Positions 40,600 through 51,175 of a DNA stretch of 64,000 nt are shown here, piece after piece. Below the pieces are notes generated by a model that ran no database searches, was not told the origin of the DNA, and saw nothing but the letters and a program-made list of their open reading frames with translations. Location of the stretch: the IMG/VR virus record IMGVR_UViG_3300013126_000019, positions 16,689-80,688 of that record, one strand, 5' to 3'. The first letter of the stretch is position 1; every line of letters starts with the position of its first letter. A program made the translations under genes and the position numbers. This stretch comes from a virus.

Positions 40600-41814
40600 T
40601 TATCCGCGTTTAAAAAAGTTATCATTTCTGGCAATCTTACGCTGTACTTTTTCTTCTTTCTCCACCACTGGTGTGCTAGAAGTTCTGCGTGCCTCTTCAG
40701 TTTTTAATTGGCGTACAGTTTTTTCTACAGCTTCGGTCTTGCCGGTATCTTTAATTTTGTTTCTATATCCTTCAGGATCTTGCAGTAACCATAAAGCTTC
40801 TGCAATCAAGTCATGTCTGGGTTCAACATATTGGTACTTCTCAAGCAGATGCCCTAATAAATTAGTTGGGCGACCTGACATTGATGGGTAGTTAGGTTGA
40901 ACAAGACCAGAGTATAACATAGCCTGAGTCTTTTTATCTAACTTAACACCATTCAACTCTCCTGGCTGCAATACAGTATATACATTATGCATATACATTT
41001 TAGCAGCCTCTTGTTGCTGGTTCTTAAGTTTTTCTTGTTCCGCAAGTCTTTGAGCTACAACTTGTTCTTGCATTTTGTCCAACTTTGGTTTGAACTTTAA
41101 TGCTTTAGCTTCAAGATCTCCGCGATCTCTCCAGTCCTCAATTTCTTCTTCAATCTCTTCAGATGTTCCAAAATTAGTTGCTCTTAGATACTCACGTACA
41201 ATTTGTTCCTGATCATTAGAACTTTTAGGGTTTAATTCACGTACTTCCTCAACTTGAGAAAGAATTCTAAATAATCCTTTTAAGTCATCACCACCATCTG
41301 CAACATACTTAGCAGCTGCTTGTAATTCCTGAGGTAAAGCTTGAAAAAATTCAATAGGTGTTTGCTCACGAATTTCCTTTTCTCTCTCCATGAAGTTTGC
41401 TTCTAGAAGTTCTTCATAGTCTTTCATAGAATACTCCTCAAGAGGTTTGTCATCATCAAAAGGTACAATTTGCCCTTTTTCAATAAGCTTATTTACAAGC
41501 TCAGCCATACCACTTTTATCAATCTTTTGACGACCAGCAACTTTTGGTTTATCATCATCAGCAGAAGTATCAATAGGATCTACCTCACTAATTACATCAT
41601 CAATAGATGGTGTATTTTCAGGTTTATCATTTTCTGACCCTTCATCATCAGAATTGTCAAGGAAGGAGAAGTCATTAGTTTCCTTAGTAAACATACTAGG
41701 TTTTTTTTCTGCTTCTGGGAGCACAACGTTTTCTGCTCCTGGGGTTCCTAGAATTTCATCTAGGTTTAATTCTACCTGACTAACTTGCGTTACGTCATTT
41801 GTATCAGTACTCAT
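40600..41814 (-). CDS. acidic scaffold-like protein
   Basis: D/E-rich disordered N-terminus and coiled coil; located between portal and MCP. Confidence 0.6.
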   Translation of the reverse strand: MSTDTNDVTQVSQVELNLDEILGTPGAENVVLPEAEKKPSMFTKETNDFSFLDNSDDEGSENDKPENTPSIDDVISEVDPIDTSADDDKPKVAGRQKIDKSGMAELVNKLIEKGQIVPFDDDKPLEEYSMKDYEELLEANFMEREKEIREQTPIEFFQALPQELQAAAKYVADGGDDLKGLFRILSQVEEVRELNPKSSNDQEQIVREYLRATNFGTSEEIEEEIEDWRDRGDLEAKALKFKPKLDKMQEQVVAQRLAEQEKLKNQQQEAAKMYMHNVYTVLQPGELNGVKLDKKTQAMLYSGLVQPNYPSMSGRPTNLLGHLLEKYQYVEPRHDLIAEALWLLQDPEGYRNKIKDTGKTEAVEKTVRQLKTEEARRTSSTPVVEKEEKVQRKIARNDNFFKRG

Positions 41815-41913
41815 AGTTTGTTGGTTTTACAATATCAATATAGGCAAATATATTTAAATAAACTTACAAGATTTTAAAATCTTAAAAATTAAAGCTGATT
41901 ATATAGCTAACCG

Positions 41914-44649
41914 TTACTCCTCAGCTTCTAGGTCATAGCGATTTTTATTCTCCCTAGCTATTTGAAGTTTTGTCATTGCAATATCTTTTTGTGTTTGCAG
42001 CTTTTCTTTTTCTAAAGATAACTTGTTATTTGCGTTTGCTTGTTGGTTATTGTCCCGAGCCTCCTGCAAATCTGTGTTTCTTTTATATAGCTCAGTGTTT
42101 TCTATTTTATCCATAGCATCCACATAATCACTTTGCATATTCTGATTAATATCTTGAGTAGATGCGTAACCGGCAGATTTAATCTGAGCTTGAAGAATAG
42201 CAGCTTGTCTATCTTTATCATTTTCACTTGCTTCAAACTCCATTTTCATCTTAGCTTCTTGTTGTTTAGCCTGAATCTGCTGGTCTTGCATTTGCTGCAT
42301 TTGCTGCATTTCTGCTTGTTTTTGAGCTTGTTGTTTAGCTTCAGCCTTTTTAAGAATACTTGTTACTTCAACAATAGACTCAGATTTAATAATATTACCC
42401 AGGTCAAAAATTGTAGCATTTGTTGTATTATTTTGAACAGCTAAAGCTTTTATTTGCTCAAGAATTGCTCTATGATTTGCTTTAGTAGTACAATATACAT
42501 TAAGATCTCTCAGTAATAAATCGGTGCCACTAACTTCAAATGTAGCTTTTTCTTCATTTGATGTAATGTATTGCAATCTAACCGACGGTTTAGTAGAGTG
42601 ATAATACTGAGAAAGGTCTGTGCGCATTCTATGCACTCTAGGCATTAAGTAGTCACAGTGCTGTATAAAGTACATTTCTGTTTGAGCATAGCTAGCATTT
42701 ACAGATTGTTCTACTCCAGTTGCTGTTTCTTGACTTATTTGTTGACCTAAGCGTTGTGGTGTAATACCAACAACCTCAAATGCTTGCATTTTAAAGTAAT
42801 TAGCCAGTTGAATCCGTGACATCAAACGGTTAGTTTGTTCAAGATCTAATTTCTGGTAATGTTGGAAAGCCAGAGCATTCTCTGTATTGGTAATAGAAGT
42901 ATCCAATGGTAACATCTGGAAGTTCTTCATTGCCACATAAGCTTTGGCAAGATTATTTTTTCCCCAGTCTTCCCCTAGTGAGTGCTTAGGTAAAGCATTC
43001 TGATCCAATAAGATAACAGTACCAAGCTCATCCACAAGGATATCAGCAATCTGGTTATTTACAATATTATAACCAATCTGGAACGGTTTCATTAAATCTA
43101 CAAGAGATGTGGATCTTGTGTTACGATCAGAAAATACTGAGCCTTCTACTGGTAACTTACATCCATATATAGAGTTGTCCCCTTTAAACTGAAACTTAAC
43201 AGGCTTAATATTATTTTGATTTATCCCAAGATAAATAGGGTTAATGCCACCTGGAGATTTAGTTCCCCAAAAAGAAGGTTGATGAGGGCCAATTTTAACG
43301 CCACCCCATACTTCATTAATCCAAATCCAATCAATATGCTCACCAAAAAGAAGATTATCCTTAGACTTATTTTTAATAAGGTTTGTATCATAAACAGGTT
43401 TATCTACTACATCATAATCTTCTGTAACAACATCAATACTAGTATTACCTAAATCATCTATTTTAGTAAGATGTCCTACGCGTCTTTGAGATTTCCAATA
43501 GCAAGTTGTTACACGAAGTAAGTTTGTCATTCCCATATCAAAGTAATCCTCTGACTCACTCATAATCCATTTAACAATATCTCCACCACTACTGGTGTTT
43601 TCCCACATAGATGTAAACTGACGATAGCCTAAAGATGGTAATTCTGTATTCCACTCATAGGATTTTGTACCGTCATAATATGTACCATCATTTTGATACC
43701 CTTGGATTGGATAACCCGCTGATCTTACAGGGTAAATAAGTTCTAAAGACTTTAACTGCTCCTCATTCATTAACCAGCCATAGCGGTCAATAACATCGGC
43801 AACAGTCATCATATCAAATTTACCAACCCAGCTTGCATCTGATATATAACGGATATCCGGGGATTTATGATAAAAAGTAAGAACCGGGTTCCATAACTCT
43901 ACATCATAATCATCGTCCATCATGCGAAAATGCCAAAACTCACGGTCTGTAATCAGCATATCTCTGAAAGCTCTCTCTTCAAGTTCTTCCATTTTAAATC
44001 TCTCAACATCATTTAAATGCTGATGAGTAGCCCATTGTTCTACCATTGACTTATAGTCTTTAGTAAAGAAATTCTCAATTTCAGGCAAACTCTTTAAGTT
44101 TTCAGGACTTAAAAGTTGATCATACTCGGGATTATCAAACTCAAATCCCATATTTTCAAGATTAGTCCTAACTTTAAGCTCTGCATTTCTAAGAAGTAGT
44201 TGTTCTACTTCAGTACGCTTTGCTGCCATTTGTTCATTATAGGACTCATCATCAACACCTTTATAAACAACTTTAGTTGATCTTTTAGCAAATTCCGCTA
44301 CAAGTGTGTTAACTACATTAGGGATAACTGGATAAAATTTTAATTCTAGAGCAGTACTATCTTCTTTAGTAAGTGTCTCAATTAAATCAGCATACTCATT
44401 ATCTGTCTCAACAATATAGTCCGTTTTATCTATAATACCTTTTGCCAACTTATAGTTCTTCATAAGTCTGCGGGCATTGCGTCTTACTTGTTTAAGACCT
44501 TCCCATTCTAACCAATCTAAATTCCATGCAGTCCAGTCTTCATCTTTCTTTTTTCTTGGTAAAAATTGGATAGGCTGGTTAAGAGTACCCATTTTGTTGT
44601 ACTCAACTTTGGCACCAGCCTTTACTTGCATCGCATTATATATTTGCAT
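41914..44649 (-). CDS. portal protein
   Basis: 911 aa directly after TerL; YPVIPN, SLVDLMKPFQ and GITPQRLG motifs; Q-rich coiled-coil C-terminus. Confidence 0.85.
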   Translation of the reverse strand: MQIYNAMQVKAGAKVEYNKMGTLNQPIQFLPRKKKDEDWTAWNLDWLEWEGLKQVRRNARRLMKNYKLAKGIIDKTDYIVETDNEYADLIETLTKEDSTALELKFYPVIPNVVNTLVAEFAKRSTKVVYKGVDDESYNEQMAAKRTEVEQLLLRNAELKVRTNLENMGFEFDNPEYDQLLSPENLKSLPEIENFFTKDYKSMVEQWATHQHLNDVERFKMEELEERAFRDMLITDREFWHFRMMDDDYDVELWNPVLTFYHKSPDIRYISDASWVGKFDMMTVADVIDRYGWLMNEEQLKSLELIYPVRSAGYPIQGYQNDGTYYDGTKSYEWNTELPSLGYRQFTSMWENTSSGGDIVKWIMSESEDYFDMGMTNLLRVTTCYWKSQRRVGHLTKIDDLGNTSIDVVTEDYDVVDKPVYDTNLIKNKSKDNLLFGEHIDWIWINEVWGGVKIGPHQPSFWGTKSPGGINPIYLGINQNNIKPVKFQFKGDNSIYGCKLPVEGSVFSDRNTRSTSLVDLMKPFQIGYNIVNNQIADILVDELGTVILLDQNALPKHSLGEDWGKNNLAKAYVAMKNFQMLPLDTSITNTENALAFQHYQKLDLEQTNRLMSRIQLANYFKMQAFEVVGITPQRLGQQISQETATGVEQSVNASYAQTEMYFIQHCDYLMPRVHRMRTDLSQYYHSTKPSVRLQYITSNEEKATFEVSGTDLLLRDLNVYCTTKANHRAILEQIKALAVQNNTTNATIFDLGNIIKSESIVEVTSILKKAEAKQQAQKQAEMQQMQQMQDQQIQAKQQEAKMKMEFEASENDKDRQAAILQAQIKSAGYASTQDINQNMQSDYVDAMDKIENTELYKRNTDLQEARDNNQQANANNKLSLEKEKLQTQKDIAMTKLQIARENKNRYDLEAEE

Positions 44650-44652
44650 AGC

Positions 44653-46860
44653 TTATCTAAAGTTTTTAAAAGGTGATCTTGGTAACTTCATATTACCAAA
44701 AGTATGACCTCCTCCGCCTATGTGGCGAAAAGGGCTCATATTTAATTTACTGAATTTATCAGAGTTATCCAAGATTTTTGCTCTTCCTGTTTCCTCAAAA
44801 CGTTTTTTATAACCTCTATTTGCTTGTTGGACTTTAGCAAATGCTACTAAAGCAGCAAATGCTACAAGCCTATCCACGTTAACTCCCTCACGATAAGACA
44901 TCATTTCTTTAAGCAACATTGGGTCTGGTATACGCTCTACACCATATATAGTTTTAACTACCTTACCATCTTCAAGAACTTCTTGATCAAGTTCTTCTTT
45001 TAGGAACTCAATAGCATAACTTACCATGTGACTCTTAAATAAAGTGCCTGTATTACGCCAGCCATATTCTTGGAAGACATTGGCATTTGCACCAATGTCT
45101 TTTAACCAAAGTATTTGATTTCTAGGCACAAGATATCTTTGTCTTTTTCTATTAATCATGTGAGTAATAAATTGAGGAATATTGTTTTCTACAATAGTCC
45201 AGGCATTATACCACTCAATTATTAGCTCTAATCGCTCATGAGTTTTATTGATATCATCAAATCTACCACACCAGGCAGCTACTATACCATCTCTTTCTAT
45301 ATATGTTTGAGTCTCATCTAAGTCGCGCTTAGTTACCTCAACAGCTGTTTTATATATATAAATTGAGCATAGAGACTCTGACGTCGTAGTTTTTCCTTCT
45401 CCGACAGGGTCAATACTTGCGTAGTACATCCCAAACTCAGGATCTTTACAGGGTCTTTCCCACACTACTAAACAACCTGTTTTATCTTCAGTATTTTTAG
45501 TAATAGGAAATTCAGATATAGGTTGTTTATTGGATGCTGTTGTAGCAGGCTTACCGTCAGCATCCCTATATATGTCTAAAAATTCATATGGATAAATTTT
45601 GTCGTCAATTCTTCTTGCTTGCGCATTTATAAGATGACTAGGAAATACTGATACAGATCTAAAGTCAAAAGCCTCTTTAATGTTTCTAGGATGCTGAGAA
45701 ATACGAAGTTGATACTCTTGAGGATCTAAATCTTTTTTCCATTCAGCAAACTGCTCATCTAGTGCTGTTAATGCTTCTTCTACTTTGGAGTTACCATATT
45801 GATCAATAAATGGTGGCATTGACCATTGCTCGGGAATAAATAATCCTGTTTTTCCAACTACACCGGTTTCATCTATAAGATTAGAAGTTACACTATAAAT
45901 ATCATTACCATCAGGTCTAGTAATCATTTTCTTAAGTGGCTCACACTGAGATAAATCCCCTACTGATCCAGCAGCAATAAACATCCCTGTAGTCATGAAA
46001 CCTGATTTCATAGCAGGGCGAATATACTCAAAGGTTGTATCCATCTTAGGGGCAATACCAGCTTCCTCATGAAAAAAGTATTTACATGGTCCCCCTACAC
46101 CATTAGTAGGATCTTTTTCAAAAGACATTCCCTGCATAACACCTTTAAGACCTACTTCCGATTTACGCTTACTTAAGGGCTCTACAGTTTCAATCTTCTG
46201 TTGCCACATCATTACCTTATTAGGATTCATTGGGCGGTACCAGGCAGTGTGTTTATTTAAGAATGCCTCATACTCATTTAAGAATTTCCAAGTACCTTTC
46301 TCATTAATATAGTCTTTAAGGCTAGCGCCCATTTTGAGCGTTATACCCTCTTCAAACCAGATTTGATTAATAAGTTTACCAGCATGAAAATAACTAGATG
46401 CAATCTGACGTTTCTTTAAGATAGCTGCATGCTTATAGTTTAATTCTGCTAGTGCTTCATAAAGAGCCATGTGATACTGAGCATCACGGATATCAGCAAA
46501 ACCAAACTTCTGAGTTTCTTTATTAAATATAGGTAGGAAGTTTAACCACATGTAGTAATCACGTGGAATATACCAGGTGTTACCATTGCTTTTATAGATT
46601 GCACCAGACCTGCATTTAGTCTTTTGATCATTCCAATAAGTAATAAAGTCTTTAGTACCTTGAGGAGCTTTACAGTAAAAACCTTGTTGATTAAATATTC
46701 TAGCTTGTTCATTAAAGATTAAACTAGTTTCATCAAACTGATATTGACCGGGCTCTTTAAAAATGTTAAATACAAAATCCTTAAACTCATCGCGTGAGTT
46801 AAAAGATGTTGTACTCCACTCTCCATTTTCCCAAGTAGGTATTTCTATATTAGTACTCAT
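44653..46860 (-). CDS. terL: terminase large subunit
   Basis: KKRQIASSY Walker-A-like, FFHEEAG Walker B, SIDPVG and NVDRL nuclease motifs. Confidence 0.9.
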   Translation of the reverse strand: MSTNIEIPTWENGEWSTTSFNSRDEFKDFVFNIFKEPGQYQFDETSLIFNEQARIFNQQGFYCKAPQGTKDFITYWNDQKTKCRSGAIYKSNGNTWYIPRDYYMWLNFLPIFNKETQKFGFADIRDAQYHMALYEALAELNYKHAAILKKRQIASSYFHAGKLINQIWFEEGITLKMGASLKDYINEKGTWKFLNEYEAFLNKHTAWYRPMNPNKVMMWQQKIETVEPLSKRKSEVGLKGVMQGMSFEKDPTNGVGGPCKYFFHEEAGIAPKMDTTFEYIRPAMKSGFMTTGMFIAAGSVGDLSQCEPLKKMITRPDGNDIYSVTSNLIDETGVVGKTGLFIPEQWSMPPFIDQYGNSKVEEALTALDEQFAEWKKDLDPQEYQLRISQHPRNIKEAFDFRSVSVFPSHLINAQARRIDDKIYPYEFLDIYRDADGKPATTASNKQPISEFPITKNTEDKTGCLVVWERPCKDPEFGMYYASIDPVGEGKTTTSESLCSIYIYKTAVEVTKRDLDETQTYIERDGIVAAWCGRFDDINKTHERLELIIEWYNAWTIVENNIPQFITHMINRKRQRYLVPRNQILWLKDIGANANVFQEYGWRNTGTLFKSHMVSYAIEFLKEELDQEVLEDGKVVKTIYGVERIPDPMLLKEMMSYREGVNVDRLVAFAALVAFAKVQQANRGYKKRFEETGRAKILDNSDKFSKLNMSPFRHIGGGGHTFGNMKLPRSPFKNFR

Positions 46861-47512
46861 TAAGAAGTCTTAAAATTTCTGTAAGTGCCTCGTGACGATG
46901 ATTATCAAGTAAAATAATTTTATTAACCCACTCTGACTTTTCTAACTTTGGTACCTCATGAATAGCTGAATCATTCTTAAACTTTAAGTCAATCTGGTGA
47001 GGATCACCGGTAAAGATCATAGTTGAGTTCTTACCAAGACGTCCCACACACATTTGCAACTGAGCTTTAGTTAAGTTTTGAAACTCATCAATAATACAAA
47101 TACAATCATCAAAGGTTCTGCCTCTAAAGTGGGTAAGAGATACTAGTTCAATATTTTCTTCCTCTTCAAGCTTTGCTAGAATCTCAGGCTTATCATAGAC
47201 CTTTCTCATGTTAGATTTGATAGGTACTAGCCAAGGTTCCATTTTTTCTTTTTCAGATCCTGGTAAAAACCCATTATCTTCTGTAGACACTGTAGGTCTT
47301 GTGATAACAATTTTGTTTACCTTTCTCTTAAAGTACATGTCAAGCGCCATTTGTACAGCAAGTAATGTTTTACCAGAACCAGCATTACCCAGTAAGAAGT
47401 TGTAAGGAGTTTGGAGCATAAGCTCTTTAGCTCTTTTCTGTTCTTCAGATAATGTAATAGAGAACTTAATGTCTCCTTTTGGTGCAGTTTTCTCAACGTT
47501 TTGCTTTGCCAT
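46850..47512 (-). CDS. phoH: PhoH-like ATPase
   Basis: GNAGSGKT, ITRP, GFLPG, FRGRTF, IIDEFQN, GRLG, GDPHQID. Confidence 0.93.
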   Translation of the reverse strand: MAKQNVEKTAPKGDIKFSITLSEEQKRAKELMLQTPYNFLLGNAGSGKTLLAVQMALDMYFKRKVNKIVITRPTVSTEDNGFLPGSEKEKMEPWLVPIKSNMRKVYDKPEILAKLEEEENIELVSLTHFRGRTFDDCICIIDEFQNLTKAQLQMCVGRLGKNSTMIFTGDPHQIDLKFKNDSAIHEVPKLEKSEWVNKIILLDNHRHEALTEILRLLNEY

Positions 47513-47711
47513 TTTCTATAAGTTTTATTAATGAGTTAATGTCCTTATCTTTACTTGGTAAGGAGTAACTGTTCATAAAGGTAGTTAAATTATCTCTAGG
47601 TATTGCCATCCATTCTTCAGTTTGGCAAGAATAGTAAATAAAATAATCTGATAACTTACAACTGGTCGTAGGCAAGTCCTGCGCCACCGCGTGCTCTTCC
47701 TGATTGTTCAT
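47493..47711 (-). CDS. small hypothetical protein (start uncertain)
   Basis: Fills the gap between the 172-aa gene and phoH and overlaps both; ATG at 47711. Confidence 0.45.
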   Translation of the reverse strand: MNNQEEHAVAQDLPTTSCKLSDYFIYYSCQTEEWMAIPRDNLTTFMNSYSLPSKDKDINSLIKLIENGKAKR

Positions 47712-48174
47712 CTTGTAAATCTTTATAGGCGCCTTTATAGGCTTCTCTAATTTGTTGAAATTTTGCTGCTGTATTTGTAAGCGCTGTAATATTACCATCT
47801 CTACCATCAGTAATATTTGTTGTTGCCATATATTTTGCTAATCTATCCAGCATCTGTTTAATACCATCATATGCTCGCATAGTAGGAGTTTCATATAATT
47901 TTTTACATAAGTCTAAAGCGCCAGGAATACCATCGTCTTCAGGACTAAACTCCGCATTTATTTGTTCTAATATAAGCTCCTCCTTATCATCTTCAGCAAC
48001 ATTAAAAAAAGGATTTAAGTCTGGATTAGGACAAGTCATATAAAATAAATACTGATATATCTTAAGGTAATCCTCAGGATAATTATCCATAATCTTTTTA
48101 AGCGTTGTAATTGTATAGCAGTGTTCTGTTGGAATTACTACACCATCCTGTATATCAAATAGTCTAACAATCAT
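47656..48174 (-). CDS. conserved helical protein upstream of terminase (terminase small subunit candidate)
   Basis: 172 aa, helical, C-terminal RARGG; inferred from position only. Confidence 0.4.
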   Translation of the reverse strand: MIVRLFDIQDGVVIPTEHCYTITTLKKIMDNYPEDYLKIYQYLFYMTCPNPDLNPFFNVAEDDKEELILEQINAEFSPEDDGIPGALDLCKKLYETPTMRAYDGIKQMLDRLAKYMATTNITDGRDGNITALTNTAAKFQQIREAYKGAYKDLQDEQSGRARGGAGLAYDQL

Positions 48175-48989
48175 TTTTCTTTAAGTGTATTAATAATACT
48201 TATTACTTCTGTTTTTAGGTAGGGTACCTCATACTCTACTATTTTACTGACTACAGGCTCACCCATCTCATCATATAGTACAACTCTATTATCATAAGCA
48301 TCTTTACCAGCTTCTTCAAATACAATATGTTCTATAATCATTTTTCCAGGTTTAAGCTTAGGATTATGCTTTAAAATCATGTACATGTATAAACTTAACT
48401 GCAAGCTATAGTGATTAAGATTACAATCATCCAAATGACTGATTGGATTAAGCATCTTATCGCTAATTCCTTCCCAGTTAACATAAGACTCGGTCTTAAT
48501 CTCTTTATTTGTTTTATAGTCATAAATATTTACAAAACCTTTAATAATTTCAACTCTATCTGCCTGACCGCATAAACCTACACTCTTAAGATACACCATA
48601 TGTTCTGGATATATACCTTCTTGTAGTTTTTGCTCAGGTGCTTTTTTAATACCATCGGTTTCTAATGGCTTAAATATTTTTATAGAACAGCCTTCTTTTT
48701 CTATTGTATCACAGGATGTATAGGCTAGTTCTCTTTGATTATGGTACCAGGTACCAAGATTAGTAGCTTTTAAGGATTCATTTTTCCACGCTTCTTTAAT
48801 ATCTTCTACAGACATACCATACCATTTACTCTTCTTATTTTTAGAAGACTTTAATGCAATAGTTTCAGCATCAAATGGTTTTTTAAATTTAGATATAACA
48901 CTAGTTACACTAGTCCAAGCAATGCTTTCATTTGGATCTATACTTGTATAACTGTGAGTTTCTGGTTTAAATACTATGGCCATAATCAT
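48171..48989 (-). CDS. PD-(D/E)XK exonuclease
   Basis: SVTSVI, GTWYH, E..GQAD..IYDYKT and Y.LQLSLY motifs. Confidence 0.8.
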   Translation of the reverse strand: MIMAIVFKPETHSYTSIDPNESIAWTSVTSVISKFKKPFDAETIALKSSKNKKSKWYGMSVEDIKEAWKNESLKATNLGTWYHNQRELAYTSCDTIEKEGCSIKIFKPLETDGIKKAPEQKLQEGIYPEHMVYLKSVGLCGQADRVEIIKGFVNIYDYKTNKEIKTESYVNWEGISDKMLNPISHLDDCNLNHYSLQLSLYMYMILKHNPKLKPGKMIIEHIVFEEAGKDAYDNRVVLYDEMGEPVVSKIVEYEVPYLKTEVISIINTLKEK

Positions 48990-49293
48990 CTAATTTAGAA
49001 TTAAGTAAATCTTCATCTTCTTCACTCATAACTGCAAACCATCTTCCTTTAGGACATGATGAAGACATACTATGTGTTTTATATTTTAGTGAACATCCGC
49101 AATCGCTGCAACATGGTTGAGTACCCGGTACTTCACATTTAGTTCCTTTAAGATCAAGGAGAGGACAGTTATTACAGATGTCTTGTCTATAGCTTGCTAT
49201 CTTAGTAATTTTCTTACGGGTAAAATAGTAGTTAAAGATTCCTTCTAGGATTAACCACTTATTCTTCCATATCTTTTTTATTTTTTTTAGCAT
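48967..49293 (-). CDS. Cys-rich Zn-finger protein
   Basis: CNNC...C..CGC...K...SCPKGRW. Confidence 0.65.
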   Translation of the reverse strand: MLKKIKKIWKNKWLILEGIFNYYFTRKKITKIASYRQDICNNCPLLDLKGTKCEVPGTQPCCSDCGCSLKYKTHSMSSSCPKGRWFAVMSEEDEDLLNSKLDDYGHSI

Positions 49294-49639
49294 TTCGGTG
49301 TTGATTTTTTTTGACTATATGCTGATCTATAATTTCTTTAACTTCTTTATACCTCTGTATTTTTTCTTTATGACTGTTATAAGTTATATACTTGATAAAT
49401 GATGTGGGTGGGGGCTGCTCAAGTATTTTATCTATCATGTTAATTTTACCTACAAGGTTTTTGTATCTAATGGTAAAAGTACCAAGATTTGGCAGCCTTA
49501 TATAGGGATGCTCTATCTTACCTAGCATTTTACGTACCTTTAACCAATAAAAATCAACTATGTCATCAACAAGTTCTTGATCTTTATTGAGTGCTATAGC
49601 AGTAAGTTTATTTAACTCCTTCGCTTTCTTGGGGCTCAA
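49259..49639 (-). CDS. HU/IHF-like protein
   Basis: Helical N-terminus followed by IRLPNLGTFTIR. Confidence 0.55.
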   Translation of the reverse strand: MSPKKAKELNKLTAIALNKDQELVDDIVDFYWLKVRKMLGKIEHPYIRLPNLGTFTIRYKNLVGKINMIDKILEQPPPTSFIKYITYNSHKEKIQRYKEVKEIIDQHIVKKNQHRNAKKNKKDMEE

Positions 49640-49997
49640 TTCTTATAAATTTATAGTCTAACAATATGTTACCATTTGTCTGAATTACAATATCCTTAGA
49701 TACTTTTATTCTTTTTCTGTTTTTACCAACTTTTACAAACTCAATCAAGCCTTTTCTCTCAGCTTTAGCAACGGCATTTCTAACAGATTGACTGCAGCCG
49801 AAGATGTTATTATCGGCTGCAGTATTACAAAAATCTGTTAAATCAGTTTCTCCCTGAATTGCAAGCATAGAAAGACAGCTTAAATCAAGATCTGAAATTT
49901 TGATGTTTTTTATAAAACAGTGCACAAGGAATTGAACTTTGACACATTCCCAAAGATCCATCCTTACTTTTTTCTGTACTTGATTTACAACCGCCAT
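49608..49997 (-). CDS. winged-HTH-like protein
   Basis: SQSVRNAVAKAERKGLIE helix-wing pattern. Confidence 0.45.
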   Translation of the reverse strand: MAVVNQVQKKVRMDLWECVKVQFLVHCFIKNIKISDLDLSCLSMLAIQGETDLTDFCNTAADNNIFGCSQSVRNAVAKAERKGLIEFVKVGKNRKRIKVSKDIVIQTNGNILLDYKFIRIEPQESEGVK

Positions 49998-50000
49998 AGT

Positions 50001-50258
50001 TTATTTTTCTTTTTTAAGACTTCTTGCTTTTGACTCTTCTTCTGGAGTACTTTCAGGACTAGGCGGAGGCGCCATAATTTGTGTGACACGCATATTAGCT
50101 AATGCACGTCGAGCTCTAAGCTCGTCAAGTTCAGTAAGTACAGTTTCATACTCTTTTTGAGCTGTTAAAATTTCTACCTGTTCTTTGAAGAAGCTGATCA
50201 TTTCTGCTTTTTTCTCTTGAATTTCAGCATCTGTAAATTCTACTTGTTGGTTTTCCAT
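50001..50258 (-). CDS. coiled-coil hypothetical protein
   Basis: 85-aa ORF with a TATATTTG box upstream. Confidence 0.6.
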   Translation of the reverse strand: MENQQVEFTDAEIQEKKAEMISFFKEQVEILTAQKEYETVLTELDELRARRALANMRVTQIMAPPPSPESTPEEESKARSLKKEK

Positions 50259-50323
50259 AACTTTTAAATGTTTAGAGTTTAGACAAATATACTATAAAAA
50301 GTTTAAACTCCAAATGTTTAGTT

Positions 50324-50357
50324 AAAAATAAAGCCTAGGTATGACACCCAGGCTTTA
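50324..50357 (-). terminator. intrinsic terminator
   Basis: TAAAGCCTGGGT..ACCTAGGCTTTA followed by a T run on the minus strand. Confidence 0.5.
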
Positions 50358-50379
50358 AACCTAAACTAATAATTATCTA

Positions 50380-50724
50380 TTAACCTTTCTTCTCTTTACT
50401 AGCCTTAATATATCCGGTAAGCTCCGCAATATTGTTACTTAAGGTAGTCATATGAGCTGTTAGATTATCCATCTTAAGGTCTAATTTTTCATGAGCTTTT
50501 TTTTGCTCTTCCTTAATCTGTTCCATACGATCATAGATTATAGTTTCTTTTTTATTGATTTCATCTTCAAGATGATCAATTTCTTCTTGCATGGATTCCA
50601 TTTGTAGTTTTAAAGCGTTAACATCTTGCTTATTTGCAAAATATACCGAAATACCTGAGGCTACAATGGTAATTATCCAAATCACATCTTTTCCTGTAAA
50701 TACCCAAGTTTCTATTGCTCCCAT
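50380..50724 (-). CDS. single-TM coiled-coil membrane protein (holin/lysis-accessory candidate)
   Basis: N-terminal hydrophobic helix VIWIITIVASGISVYF followed by heptad repeats. Confidence 0.45.
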   Translation of the reverse strand: MGAIETWVFTGKDVIWIITIVASGISVYFANKQDVNALKLQMESMQEEIDHLEDEINKKETIIYDRMEQIKEEQKKAHEKLDLKMDNLTAHMTTLSNNIAELTGYIKASKEKKG

Positions 50725-51173
50725 TATTCTAAAAATTTAACGCGTATATAAAAGTTTTCAAGGTAATCTTGCGGAGCTGCAGCAGAATCATATGTAGCAA
50801 CTTCAATAAAATTAATGTTGGTTGTTACTTGCGCAAGTTTTGAGAAGGGGGGTAATCCAGAATTAAAAAGACTAAACGCTGTAGTAGCATCAAATCCTTT
50901 TATATCAAGACCATTGGTAAAATTAAGAAAATACTGCCCCTGTGACCATCTGCTCCAACCGGCTGTATAACCCGTGGTATTAGTTATCTCAACAACTGTA
51001 AAAGTGAAGTCATTATTAAGACTAACCATAGCCTCATAAATTATTTCAGACTTTGTTGGTGTTTGGTTTTCTAAAGCAATAGCAATGGCTTCCAAACCTT
51101 GAAGTACTTTTAACTCATAGTTAAAGTTTGAGCCTTTATCTCCTTCTTTTGGGTTTCCGTTTCCTAATGACAT
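50724..51173 (-). CDS. virion accessory/fibre-like protein
   Basis: N-terminal MSLGNGN..SN..ELKVL module plus a beta-rich domain. Confidence 0.5.
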   Translation of the reverse strand: MSLGNGNPKEGDKGSNFNYELKVLQGLEAIAIALENQTPTKSEIIYEAMVSLNNDFTFTVVEITNTTGYTAGWSRWSQGQYFLNFTNGLDIKGFDATTAFSLFNSGLPPFSKLAQVTTNINFIEVATYDSAAAPQDYLENFYIRVKFLE

Positions 51174-51175
51174 AT

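Noticed and set aside
44653-46860. Intein or intron in terminase, portal or capsid genes
   Set aside because: The ORFs are continuous, with no splice-junction or homing-endonuclease motifs seen.
48171-48989. Cas4 indicating a CRISPR system
   Set aside because: A PD-(D/E)XK nuclease without the four-Cys Fe-S pattern or any CRISPR context.
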